A stretch of DNA of 64,000 bases. Origin: an uncultured Bacteroidota bacterium. GTDB lineage: Bacteria; Bacteroidota; Bacteroidia; Bacteroidales; VadinHA17. The DNA is taken from NCBI GenBank assembly GCA_963772715.1, contig CAVYYM010000020.1, forward strand, positions 19,918-83,917, written 5' to 3'. Shown one piece after another: positions 9,846 through 18,347 of this stretch. Each line of letters begins with the position of its first letter. Position 1 is the first letter of the stretch. The translations under genes and the position numbers were made by a program. Below the pieces are notes generated by a model. That model worked only from the letters and a program-made list of their open reading frames with translations, ran no database searches and was not told where the DNA came from.

Positions 9846-10622
9846 AGTCAGGGTATTATTTACAGTTATGTTTCCGGGAAGCGTGACACCAGCCGAATTA
9901 TTGACACTGAGATTATAATAGGTATAGTTCCCAAGAGTTTGTGCTGCACCACCATTATATATAACAGTTCCTGAAGTCGGTGCGGCAGCTCCTCCTGCTT
10001 GCTGTACTTGTTATATTCCCTCCTGTGATGCTGCCGCCAATATTTAATGATCCTGCACCTGTAAACAGTATATAAGTCCTCAGATTGCTTGAATTCAAAG
10101 CAATATTGCCGGTACCGTAACAGTACCTGTTGATATCCTGATAAATGCATCCCTGAATCCCCATTGGAATTGGCGCTAACAGAGCCGGTGCGTGAAAATG
10201 CCGGCATCAACCAGCACAGCTTTCGAAGTATTATTATTATCCGGAATTAAGAAAAGTCTGACCCGTACTGTCAGCGAAAAGTTGCCGTTGAAAGAGACAT
10301 AGGAATTATCGTTGCCAGCGCCAATACTTAATGCACCAATACTGTTGGGAACATTTGCTGATAACTGTCACATTGTGGTGTTCAGTATATTTACTGTTCC
10401 TGCCCCGGCATTCTGTCCCGGATAAGTAGTGTTTGTTGCACCAACCCATGTCCCTGCCGTAACACATCGCTGCCAGTTAGCAGCTGTGTTCCAGTTCCAT
10501 GTGCCAGTTGCATTTGTACGGTAATCTCCTACCGCCTGGCCTGATGCAATCAGTGTGGCAGTGATTAATTCTACAGTAATTAAAAATCTCCTTGCTGAAA
10601 TCAGTGGGCTGAAGGTCTTCAT
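9846..10622 (-). pseudogene. Adhesin N-terminal region with signal peptide, broken by one in-frame TGA and several frameshifts
   Basis: ORF 10368..10622 starts MKTFSPLISARRFLITVELITATLIASGQA (signal peptide) and ends at the TGA at 10368-10370. The same frame continues open as QLSANVPNSIGALSIGAGNDNSYVSFNGNFSLTV... Adhesin-like sequence then switches frame, for example GTGNIALNSSNLRTYILFTGAGSLNIGGSITGGNITS in ORF 9955..10164. Confidence 0.6.
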
Positions 10623-10642
10623 ACTGGTTATATTGGTTTCAC

Positions 10643-11518
10643 TTACCTGATTGCCAATTCTGCTTCAGCATATCTTTCAGGCTTGACATCGGAGGGTGCA
10701 GAATATATCACGCGCAATGTTCCCGACCTGAGGTTCGTTCCTTTCGGGGGATTGAGGTTAAGTGCAAAGTTTCTGACAAGATTGGGTGTATAGACCGCAA
10801 TGCCATTTGCAATTCCAACCCGGGTCACTTTACCCTGGGGTGAAATATGATCAACGGTAAGGTCACCGTAAACTGACATGTTTCCGGTACGATTGAACTT
10901 CATTTTCAGTCGTGGTATCGTATCACTGACATATTCCAGCGCAAGGTCAGTGAATTTTGCCGAGACGGTGGTATTGCCCGATCGGATTATTACAGGTATC
11001 GTTATTCCGAATATCGGTGTAAGTCTTACCGTGAGTGTTGTAGTGTCCCTGATCTCCGGCTCACCCAGCGGATCTTCCTTTGGCACCGCCCTGAAATAGA
11101 GATGAGAGCGGTATTCCCCTTCTGTAAGTTCCCCTGTCCTGATGAGTTGCACCTTTACTACCTGAGCTTCTCCGGGACCCAGTGTAACGCTTCTCGGGAA
11201 AAAGCGTACAAATCTGTCGGCAAACATCTGTCCCGGATCGGGTTCAGTTATCGTTTCGAAACTGCCGTCCTCCTTCATTCTTTCCTGGAGGAAAGAGACA
11301 GCGTATATGGCTGTATCTTTCCCGATGTTTGCAAGGTTAAGGTCGATCGTACGTTTCGATCCCTCGAACACCAGGCGTTTTGGTGTAATGAGAAGGTTAC
11401 CCTGTGCGTTCAAGCCGCCGGATATCAGAATGAAAATACCTGCAGCCAATGCTGCAGAAAAAAACAACCTGCCGGGTTTATGTGCCCGGCCGGTCAACAA
11501 CAAATCGTATGCTGCCAT
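10643..11518 (-). CDS. PapD-like periplasmic pilus chaperone (two Ig-like domains)
   Basis: 291 aa with a signal peptide (AALAAGIFILISGGLNAQ). Then LLITPKRLVFEGSKRTIDLNLANIGKDTAIYAVSF ... RFFPRSVTLGPGEAQVVKVQL, which resembles the chaperone N-domain pattern. It sits between DUF4402 subunit genes and the adhesin. Confidence 0.6.
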   Translation of the reverse strand: MAAYDLLLTGRAHKPGRLFFSAALAAGIFILISGGLNAQGNLLITPKRLVFEGSKRTIDLNLANIGKDTAIYAVSFLQERMKEDGSFETITEPDPGQMFADRFVRFFPRSVTLGPGEAQVVKVQLIRTGELTEGEYRSHLYFRAVPKEDPLGEPEIRDTTTLTVRLTPIFGITIPVIIRSGNTTVSAKFTDLALEYVSDTIPRLKMKFNRTGNMSVYGDLTVDHISPQGKVTRVGIANGIAVYTPNLVRNFALNLNPPKGTNLRSGTLRVIYSAPSDVKPERYAEAELAIR

Positions 11519-11541
11519 TTTACTGTTATGTTTAGACTTTT

Positions 11542-12072
11542 CTAGTTGAAGTCAAATGTAATTGAATATGTACCCGTGTAAATACCCACAGGATTATCAA
11601 TAAGCGTACCAACTTTCAGCGTTGCACCAACGTATACAACCTGAAATCCATTCTGCAGCATACCTGTACCTGTTCCGGATGATGGATGTGACACCCATTG
11701 CTCCACCTTCATCGTCCTGGCATTGGCAGTATTGGTCAGAAGCACCGGCCTGTCAGGCAGATTTATCGAAAAAGCGGCATCCTCGTTTCCCGAGACATAA
11801 AAGCTTGCCGCATTGTGAAGCCCGGTTCCGGCAAACACGCTTCCGAGAACAGAGATAGTGCTTTGAGGTGTCAACACTATCTCACCGCCCTGCGGGCCGG
11901 GAGAAAACTTCCCGAAATTCATCTGGGAAGATTCACTTACCGAAAATACAGGAACGACCTCGGCGGTAATATGACCGGTCACTGTAAATTCCTGGCCGGA
12001 CTGGGCACTCAGATCAAGTGCTTCAATCAATAATATAATAAGGCTGAAAAGTATCTTAACAGTCCTTCTCAT
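11542..12072 (-). CDS. DUF4402-type secreted fibre subunit (paralogue B)
   Basis: 176 aa with a signal peptide (LIILLIEALDLSAQ). The C-terminus is VGATLKVGTLIDNPVGIYTGTYSITFDFN. Confidence 0.7.
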   Translation of the reverse strand: MRRTVKILFSLIILLIEALDLSAQSGQEFTVTGHITAEVVPVFSVSESSQMNFGKFSPGPQGGEIVLTPQSTISVLGSVFAGTGLHNAASFYVSGNEDAAFSINLPDRPVLLTNTANARTMKVEQWVSHPSSGTGTGMLQNGFQVVYVGATLKVGTLIDNPVGIYTGTYSITFDFN

Positions 12073-12101
12073 TATTCCCCCGGAATAGAATCTTATACCT
12101 A

Positions 12102-12611
12102 CTAATTATATTGCACGGTCACCGGGTATGTTCCCGTATATGTGCCGGATGCCTGACCAACTGCCACTGTCAGGGTAGCGCCTACGCTAAATGTCTCTGT
12201 TCCGGTACCGGGAGCAACTCCGGGTATAGTGCCTGAAGCATTGGAATTGAATCCGTCTACAGCCATGGTGACTGCTCCGTTGGAAATAGTAACGGTTCCA
12301 TTCGCCGGAAGGGTGGTTGTATAAGTAAGTGCTCTCTCCCCGGTAACGGTAAATGTTCCTGCTGTATGAGCCGGAGCAGCTGCAGACACAGCACAGGTAC
12401 CTGACCGTACACCTGCAGTTGAAACGATCACTGTACCGCCAGTGTTATAAGCGACACCAAAATGAAGTGTTGTACCTGCGGTAAGTGTTATTGGAGCAAT
12501 TATTACCGCTGCAGCATTTCCGTTTGCAGTTGCACTTGTCTGCGAAAATCCTGATAAAGTAAACCCAAGCATTACGGTTACTGCTGCAAAAATTTTAATG
12601 ATTTTTTTCAT
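12102..12611 (-). CDS. DUF4402-type secreted fibre subunit (paralogue A, first gene of locus, likely major subunit)
   Basis: 169 aa with a signal peptide (MKKIIKIFAAVTVMLGFTLSGFSQ). It is Ala/Thr/Gly-rich and ends VGATLTVAVGQASGTYTGTYPVTVQYN, the DUF4402-like terminal motif as I remember it. Confidence 0.7.
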   Translation of the reverse strand: MKKIIKIFAAVTVMLGFTLSGFSQTSATANGNAAAVIIAPITLTAGTTLHFGVAYNTGGTVIVSTAGVRSGTCAVSAAAPAHTAGTFTVTGERALTYTTTLPANGTVTISNGAVTMAVDGFNSNASGTIPGVAPGTGTETFSVGATLTVAVGQASGTYTGTYPVTVQYN

Positions 12612-12889
12612 TTTTCAAGAGATTTTAATTGAGGTTTATTAATAATGATCACTGTTTATTCGGTTTATTTATTTAAAAAAGTCTAAAATTTTTCACAAAA
12701 TAGAACTTCTAATCGTATGTGCAATCGCTCAAATTTTCAACATATCAACACCATTTGAAAATTATTAACAAGTCATATTAAACCTTAATGCTAACCCGGA
12801 ATCTAAGAGCGCTCCGACTACTCCTTTCTCCATCAGCTAATGCTCCCATTCCATTTTTCTTTGTATATTCGTATTACAATTATATTACC

Positions 12890-14005
12890 ATGCAGAAAGG
12901 ATCAATATCGAAGAGCGGAAGATTTATCGTCCTGCTCCTTCTTTCCGGTTTCATTTTCACCAGCTCCCCGGCACAGCAGGTACAGAATGTAAGATTCACT
13001 CAATCCGGAAAACAGATCATCATAGCCTATGAAATTACGGGCGCCCAGCAGGGACAGACATTTGATGTGCAGGTTTACTGCAGTATCGATAATTTCAGCT
13101 CGCCTCTGAAAAGTGTTACAGGTTCAGTAGGTCCGGGAATAACAGGAGGCAGTCCAAGAAGCATAATATGGGATGTTACGTCTGACCGTGAAAGCCTGAA
13201 CGGCAATATCAGCTTCGAGGTCAGGGCAAAACCAAGTACAGTCAAAAGCACATCGACATCGACAACGACAACGACACCGACAACGGCACCAGCAACGGCC
13301 AGGGTCAATCCGGCATCGGACGATTACTGGGTCAGTGTCCCGGGAGGAACATTCAGCATGGGAAGTCCTGCCGATGAACCGCAAAGAGGGTCGAATGAGA
13401 CTCAGCATCAGGTCACACTCAGCTCTTTCAAGATCGGAAAGTACGAAGTTACATTTGAAGAATACGATGCTTTTATTTCAGGTACCAAGAAGAGAAAACC
13501 CGGGGATTTTGGCTGGGGTCGCGGCAAACATCCGGTAGTGGATATAACATATGAAGAGGCCAAAGCCTTTGCCGAATCGAAAGGGTGCCGCCTGCCTACT
13601 GAAGCAGAATGGGAATATGCCTGCAGGGCAGGGACTACGACACCTTTCTTTACTGGCGATAATATTACATCAGGACAGGCAAACTACAACTTTGCCGAAC
13701 CATATAATAATAATGCCAAGGGAAAGCCCCTGGGGAAAACCCAACCGGTTGGCAGCTATGGTCCAAATGCCTGGGGGTTATACGATATGCATGGGAATGC
13801 ATCGGAATGGGTAAGCGATTACTTTGGTAATTATGAGTCTGGAAATCAGAAAGATCCAAAGGGTCCTGCGACAGGGGCCGACAGGATACGCCGGGGCGGG
13901 AGCTGGTATGATAACGGAGCGAGAACAAGATCAGCAGCCCGGATAAAATGGGATCCGGATAAGGCCGACAAGATTCTGGGCTTCCGGCTGGTATCAGACA
14001 ATTAG
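12890..14005 (+). CDS. Secreted FGE-sulfatase/SUMF1-family domain protein (Ig-like N-domain, Thr/Ser linker, FGE domain)
   Basis: I prefer the internal start MQKGSISKSGRFIVLLLLSGFIFTSSPAQQ (signal peptide) over the ORF-track start at 12788. The FGE-type motifs are FKIGKYEVTFEEYDAF, HPVVDITYEEAKAFAESKGCRLPTEAEWEYACRAG, WGLYDMHGNASEWVSD and RIRRGGSW. Confidence 0.8.
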   Translation: MQKGSISKSGRFIVLLLLSGFIFTSSPAQQVQNVRFTQSGKQIIIAYEITGAQQGQTFDVQVYCSIDNFSSPLKSVTGSVGPGITGGSPRSIIWDVTSDRESLNGNISFEVRAKPSTVKSTSTSTTTTTPTTAPATARVNPASDDYWVSVPGGTFSMGSPADEPQRGSNETQHQVTLSSFKIGKYEVTFEEYDAFISGTKKRKPGDFGWGRGKHPVVDITYEEAKAFAESKGCRLPTEAEWEYACRAGTTTPFFTGDNITSGQANYNFAEPYNNNAKGKPLGKTQPVGSYGPNAWGLYDMHGNASEWVSDYFGNYESGNQKDPKGPATGADRIRRGGSWYDNGARTRSAARIKWDPDKADKILGFRLVSDN

Positions 14006-14080
14006 TACGACAACACAATAATTAACAATAAGATAACAGAATATTTCGTATCTTTATAGTTTGTATCCAATCGACCGGTC

Positions 14081-15874
14081 ATGGAAAAATATTTTCTGGC
14101 CATACTGCTTTCCCTCCTGACACTTAATGTGTTCCCTCAGACTATCATTAAGGGAAGGTCGCAACAGGAAAATGTAAGCATTAAGAAGGATGCATCCGGT
14201 GCAATTGCAATGGGAACCGAAATCAGGGGCAAATCGCCTTCAAGCCCTGTAGAAATCGTTCAGGAATCTGCCATCAATCCTCCTCAGCTTCAGGCTGAGA
14301 ATCTCCAGTTTGTTGATGCGGACGGCAACAATTTCATCGACGCAAATGAAAATGCAAGGATTTTCTTTACCGTCAGAAATGCAGGTGAAGGCCCTGCTCT
14401 GAACCTGGAAGCTAAAATAACAGAAAAAAACAGGGTTCAGGGACTTGACTTCAAACCCAAGACTCTCGGAACTTTAAAACCGGGCGAGGTCAGGACTGTA
14501 GAGATTCCTATAACCAGCAATCTAAACACAACGAACTCGACAGCATCATTCAACATTTCCATAACTGAAACGAACGGATTCGGTATCGATGTCGGAAATA
14601 TGCTGGTTCAAACCAGAGCTATTGTTGCACCACTTGTAACTATTGCTGAAATAGATTATGGCAGCCTTCCGGTGAGGAAGAACGAGAAGTTCGATGTCAG
14701 GGTGATTGTTCAGAATACGGGACAGGGAAATGCCGAAAATGTCAATTTATCACTTTCACTCGTGGCCAATGTATTCCTTACTAATGGCAATTCATCTTTA
14801 ATGATCGGGAGCCTTGCCCCCGGTGAAACCAGGGAGGTGAGATACACATTCATCACAAACAATAACTACAACCTCAGCAAAATAGTCATTCCTTTTATTC
14901 TTACGGAGAAGTATGGCAAGTATGCTGAAAACGGAAAAAGCCCTGCAACAATACCGGTGGACCTTCAGCTTACAGCCGTCAAGCAAATGGAAGTCCAGGG
15001 AGAACAAAGGGCAGTTCCTGAAACAAGGCCGGCTGCAACAGCAGTACCGGCTGGTACGGCTGCTGCATCATTCACCTCCGATGTCGACAGGGATATCCCT
15101 GTTATTACTTCTAAGAATGCAGCTAATAAGGTTGCTCTTATTATAGGCAACGAAGATTATTCGAAAGCCTACAACGCCGAGTCAAATGTCGATTTTGCAG
15201 CAAGGGATGCACGGATCTTTGCAGAATATGCAAAGAAGGTACTGGGAATACAGGAAAAGTTTGTACTGCTGTCGGTCGATGCAACCTACATGGTCATGAA
15301 ATCGCAGGTTCAGAGGGCCATTGATATAGCAAAGGTCGTAGGTCCGACAGCTGAAATAGTTTTTTATTATGCAGGACATGGTTTTCCTGATCAGTCTACA
15401 AAAATACCATATCTTATACCGGTTGATGTGAGCGCCTCCAATCTCACGTCAGCCATCAAGCTCGCCGATATTTATGCACAGCTGGGCAGCTCCGGGGCCA
15501 GCCGCGTAACTGTCTTTCTCGACGCTTGCTTCAGCGGCGGCGGACGCGACATGGGACCTGTCAATGCCAGATCTGTAAGGATGGCGCCGAGCACAGAGGA
15601 GGGCATGGTCACAGGCAACATGGTCGTCTTCACGGCCAGCACGGGAGAACAAACAGCGCAGGCACTTAAGAAACAACAGCATGGACTTTTTACATATTAC
15701 CTGCTGAAGAAACTAAAGGATTCTCAGGGAAACGTTACATATGGCGATCTGTTCGACTACATCAACAAGCAGGTTCAGCTCGATGCATTGACTGAAAACA
15801 ACAAGCCTCAGGTTCCGGTTTTTATTTCCAGCGGCCTGATAGGTGATAAATGGAGAACGTGGAAGATCAGATAG
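14081..15874 (+). CDS. Secreted caspase-family (peptidase C14) protein with two CARDB/Ig-like N-terminal repeats
   Basis: Signal peptide MEKYFLAILLSLLTLNVFPQ. Repeats FFTVRNAGEGPALNLEAKI... and VRVIVQNTGQGNAENVNLSL... The caspase domain is KVALIIGNEDY...IVFYYAGHG (His codon 15377-15379)...VTVFLDACFSGGG (Cys codon 15527-15529). Confidence 0.85.
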   Translation: MEKYFLAILLSLLTLNVFPQTIIKGRSQQENVSIKKDASGAIAMGTEIRGKSPSSPVEIVQESAINPPQLQAENLQFVDADGNNFIDANENARIFFTVRNAGEGPALNLEAKITEKNRVQGLDFKPKTLGTLKPGEVRTVEIPITSNLNTTNSTASFNISITETNGFGIDVGNMLVQTRAIVAPLVTIAEIDYGSLPVRKNEKFDVRVIVQNTGQGNAENVNLSLSLVANVFLTNGNSSLMIGSLAPGETREVRYTFITNNNYNLSKIVIPFILTEKYGKYAENGKSPATIPVDLQLTAVKQMEVQGEQRAVPETRPAATAVPAGTAAASFTSDVDRDIPVITSKNAANKVALIIGNEDYSKAYNAESNVDFAARDARIFAEYAKKVLGIQEKFVLLSVDATYMVMKSQVQRAIDIAKVVGPTAEIVFYYAGHGFPDQSTKIPYLIPVDVSASNLTSAIKLADIYAQLGSSGASRVTVFLDACFSGGGRDMGPVNARSVRMAPSTEEGMVTGNMVVFTASTGEQTAQALKKQQHGLFTYYLLKKLKDSQGNVTYGDLFDYINKQVQLDALTENNKPQVPVFISSGLIGDKWRTWKIR

Positions 15875-15907
15875 TAATTAAAGATCAACATAAAACAATA
15901 TCAATAT

Positions 15908-16551
15908 ATGAGGAAGTTCTATCGCGATTTTCATACTATGCCTGATTGCATCATACGCATCATCACAGGAGGCAACATACGGGGAAAAATGCCACCCTCT
16001 CTGAAAAAGCCTCCAAGGAAGCTGCAAAGGAAGCAAAGAAAATGCAGAAGGATGGATGGACAGTTGCTCCCGGATCCGTTCCTCTTGAAAGGATCATTGA
16101 AAATGCCTGGATGAAGCAGGTGATGGTGGATGAAAATGGGAATCCAGTGTATTTATATGCTGATGGCAATGCTGTTGCCGAAACAAAATCGGCTGCACAG
16201 ATGCACGCAATTGAGGTCGCAAAACTTGAGCTGGCCAATATGCTGCAATCAAATATGAGCTCGCTTATTTCAGCAAACATCGGAAACGCACAGCTCTCAA
16301 CCCAGGAGGCCGCTTCAGTGACCGAGGTTGTTTTATCGTCCAAGAACCAGATCGCAGTGAAGCTCGGATATATAGATCCTACATTCAAGCTTTTCAGGGA
16401 TATAGGCAAGAATAATGTCGAAGTGCAAGTGAGGCTCTTTTACGATATTAAGCAGTCGATGGAGATAGCCAAGGGGGTGATCCGTAATGAGCTCCAGACC
16501 AAGCTTAAACTAAACGAGGAGAAACTGGATAAACTGATTGCTAACAGTTAG
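15908..16551 (+). CDS. LPP20-like helical (lipo)protein; 5' end carries two frameshifts that hide its signal peptide
   Basis: The body, in frame 15946..16551, reads ...AVAETKSAAQMHAIEVAKLELANMLQSNMSSLISANIG... The ATG at 15908 gives MRKF. The next frame reads SIAIFILCLIASYASSQEATYGEK (signal peptide). The 15946 frame then continues NATLSEKASKEAAKEAKK. The His-rich start MHHTHHHRRQH in the ORF track is an out-of-frame artefact. Confidence 0.6.
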
Positions 16552-16560
16552 AATCCGGTA

Positions 16561-18240
16561 ATGAAGAGAGTCCTGGTGATATTATCGCTTCTCTCCTGCT
16601 TTCAGCTTTCAGCACAGGAAAACATAGTCAATATGCTTGCCATACGGGGATACGGCAAAAACACCCGTGCAATAATCGTGGCAAATGAGGATTACCAGTC
16701 ATACTCGGGCTCCCCGGTCTATGTCGAAAACGAGGAGCTGGCGATTCTTCAGGCCGAGAAGTTCCAGCAGATGCTGATCAAAAAACTTGGTGTACTGCCG
16801 CAGAACATACAGTTCTATCCTGATGCGCAAACCACTCATATCAAGCTTGCCATAACGAAGCTGCAAAGAGATCTGCCTGGTGATGCCAGGATAATATTCT
16901 ATTACCGCGGCAAGCTGTTCACCGACGACAGGAAAAGAGATACTTGGATAATCCCTGTGGATGTAATCCCAGTTAATATCTCAGATGAGGAAACTTTCTT
17001 TATGCTCGGCATGAGTGATCTCTGCACCCGTCTGAACACCATAAACAAGGGAGGAGTGGCCATTTTCCTCGACGCGCAACCAAACGTATCTGTTGGTTCT
17101 GCAAACATTCTCGAGAATGGATGGCTTGCCGGTGAAATTCCTATTACAGGCACCAGAAATATGGAGCTCTTCATGCTGAAGCTCCCTCCTCCCGCACCAA
17201 AAACGGAACAACCTGTTACTGCCGTTAAGCCTGCCATTACAATAACGGAACCCTCTGCAGATATGATCTCTACACGGGAGGCGACTGTAACGATAAGAGG
17301 CAAGGTGGACTCAAATTGTCCTGTGGAGGTGGTTGCTATCGGCGGACAGGAAGCAAACTTCTCCGAGGATGGCCGGTTCATGGCAAAAATGGTGCTCAGC
17401 GAGGGAGAGAATACCATTTTGGTTGAGGCAAGAAACTGTGCCGGATGGACAAGAAAAATGCTGACCTTTAACCTTATCAGTCCTGAAGCCAATGTCGTGG
17501 ATGATGCAGAATCAGGCACCCTGAAGGAGATGGGAAAGAATTATGCAGTCGTGGTCGGAGTGAGCAAATATTCAGATCCGGTGATGCCCGATCTTTTCTA
17601 CCCTATTCTGGATGCCAGGAAAGTCGCAGGTGCTTTAACTGCAAACTATACATTTGAAAAGAAGGATGTGTTGCTTCTCGAGAATCCGACAAAAGGCCGG
17701 ATAATAAATATTCTTGATTCACTTGAGACTGTAATCACAACCAAGGATAACCTGCTGATTTTCTATGCCGGTCATGGAAACTGGGATGAAAAAAAATCCA
17801 TCGGATACTGGCTGCCTTCGGATGCAGCCGCACGTTCACTCGACAACTGGCTGATGAACAGTATTATAACAGCATTCGTGAGCGAAAGCAAAGCCCTTCA
17901 CACTCTTGTAATTGCTGATGCATGTTTCGGAGGCAGCATTTTCAGGACACGTGCCTTACCGCCGGAGGAGGTAAAGAGCATCACTGAATTGTATCAAAAA
18001 ACAAGCAAGAAGGCGATGACCAGCGGCGACCTGATGGAAGTGCCAGACGAAAGCATATTTGTAAAAACTTTCATTGACCAGCTCACTTCGAACAAGGAGA
18101 ATTACCTTCCGACTGAAAAGCTTTTTTTCAGTATAAAACCAAGTGTTGTAAAGGTGGCTGACCTGATCCCACAATTCGGCACGATAAAAAATTCCGGAGA
18201 CCAAGGAGGAGATTTTATTTTCTTCAGAAAAAATCCATAA
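16561..18240 (+). CDS. Secreted tandem pseudo-caspase + Ig-like + active caspase (peptidase C14) protein
   Basis: Signal peptide MKRVLVILSLLSCFQLSAQ. The N-domain aligns to a caspase fold but has IIFYYRGKLF in place of YYAGHG and IFLDAQPNV in place of LDACFSG, so both catalytic residues are lost. The C-domain keeps LLIFYAGHGNWD and LVIADACFGGSIF. Confidence 0.8.
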   Translation: MKRVLVILSLLSCFQLSAQENIVNMLAIRGYGKNTRAIIVANEDYQSYSGSPVYVENEELAILQAEKFQQMLIKKLGVLPQNIQFYPDAQTTHIKLAITKLQRDLPGDARIIFYYRGKLFTDDRKRDTWIIPVDVIPVNISDEETFFMLGMSDLCTRLNTINKGGVAIFLDAQPNVSVGSANILENGWLAGEIPITGTRNMELFMLKLPPPAPKTEQPVTAVKPAITITEPSADMISTREATVTIRGKVDSNCPVEVVAIGGQEANFSEDGRFMAKMVLSEGENTILVEARNCAGWTRKMLTFNLISPEANVVDDAESGTLKEMGKNYAVVVGVSKYSDPVMPDLFYPILDARKVAGALTANYTFEKKDVLLLENPTKGRIINILDSLETVITTKDNLLIFYAGHGNWDEKKSIGYWLPSDAAARSLDNWLMNSIITAFVSESKALHTLVIADACFGGSIFRTRALPPEEVKSITELYQKTSKKAMTSGDLMEVPDESIFVKTFIDQLTSNKENYLPTEKLFFSIKPSVVKVADLIPQFGTIKNSGDQGGDFIFFRKNP

Positions 18241-18347
18241 CCACAAAGAACACTAAGTATTTCACAAAGGCGCACAAAGAATAGGATTTTAATAATTCTT
18301 CGTGTTCCTTAGTGTGTACTTTGTGAACTTTGTGGTTAACATTAGTT
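18241..18347. repeat. CACAAAG/CTTTGTG-rich imperfect palindrome between convergent genes (probable bidirectional terminator / REP-like)
   Basis: Outer arms are ccacaaag (18241-18248) and ctttgtgg (18328-18335). Inner arms are cacaaagaat (18273-18282) and attcttcgtg (18295-18304, 9/10 complementary). Permuted cactaag / cttagtg modules lie between them. Confidence 0.5.

Noticed and set aside
12788-12889. N-terminal extensions offered by the ORF track here, and likewise at 33382-33591, 55144-55320, 20864-20914 and 50183-50275.
   Set aside because: The extensions lack signal or family features, overlap neighbouring genes or spacers, and are followed by an internal Met that begins a canonical signal peptide or family N-terminus.
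13124-13408. ORF encoding a CRCRCRCRCRCR repeat.
   Set aside because: It is the antisense reading of the ACAACG/ACATCG hexamer linker of the FGE-domain gene and is not an independent gene.
15946-15990. His-rich N-terminus MHHTHHHRRQH, which could suggest a metal-binding tag.
   Set aside because: It starts at a TTG and is produced by reading through a frameshifted signal-peptide region. The neighbouring frame encodes a normal signal peptide.
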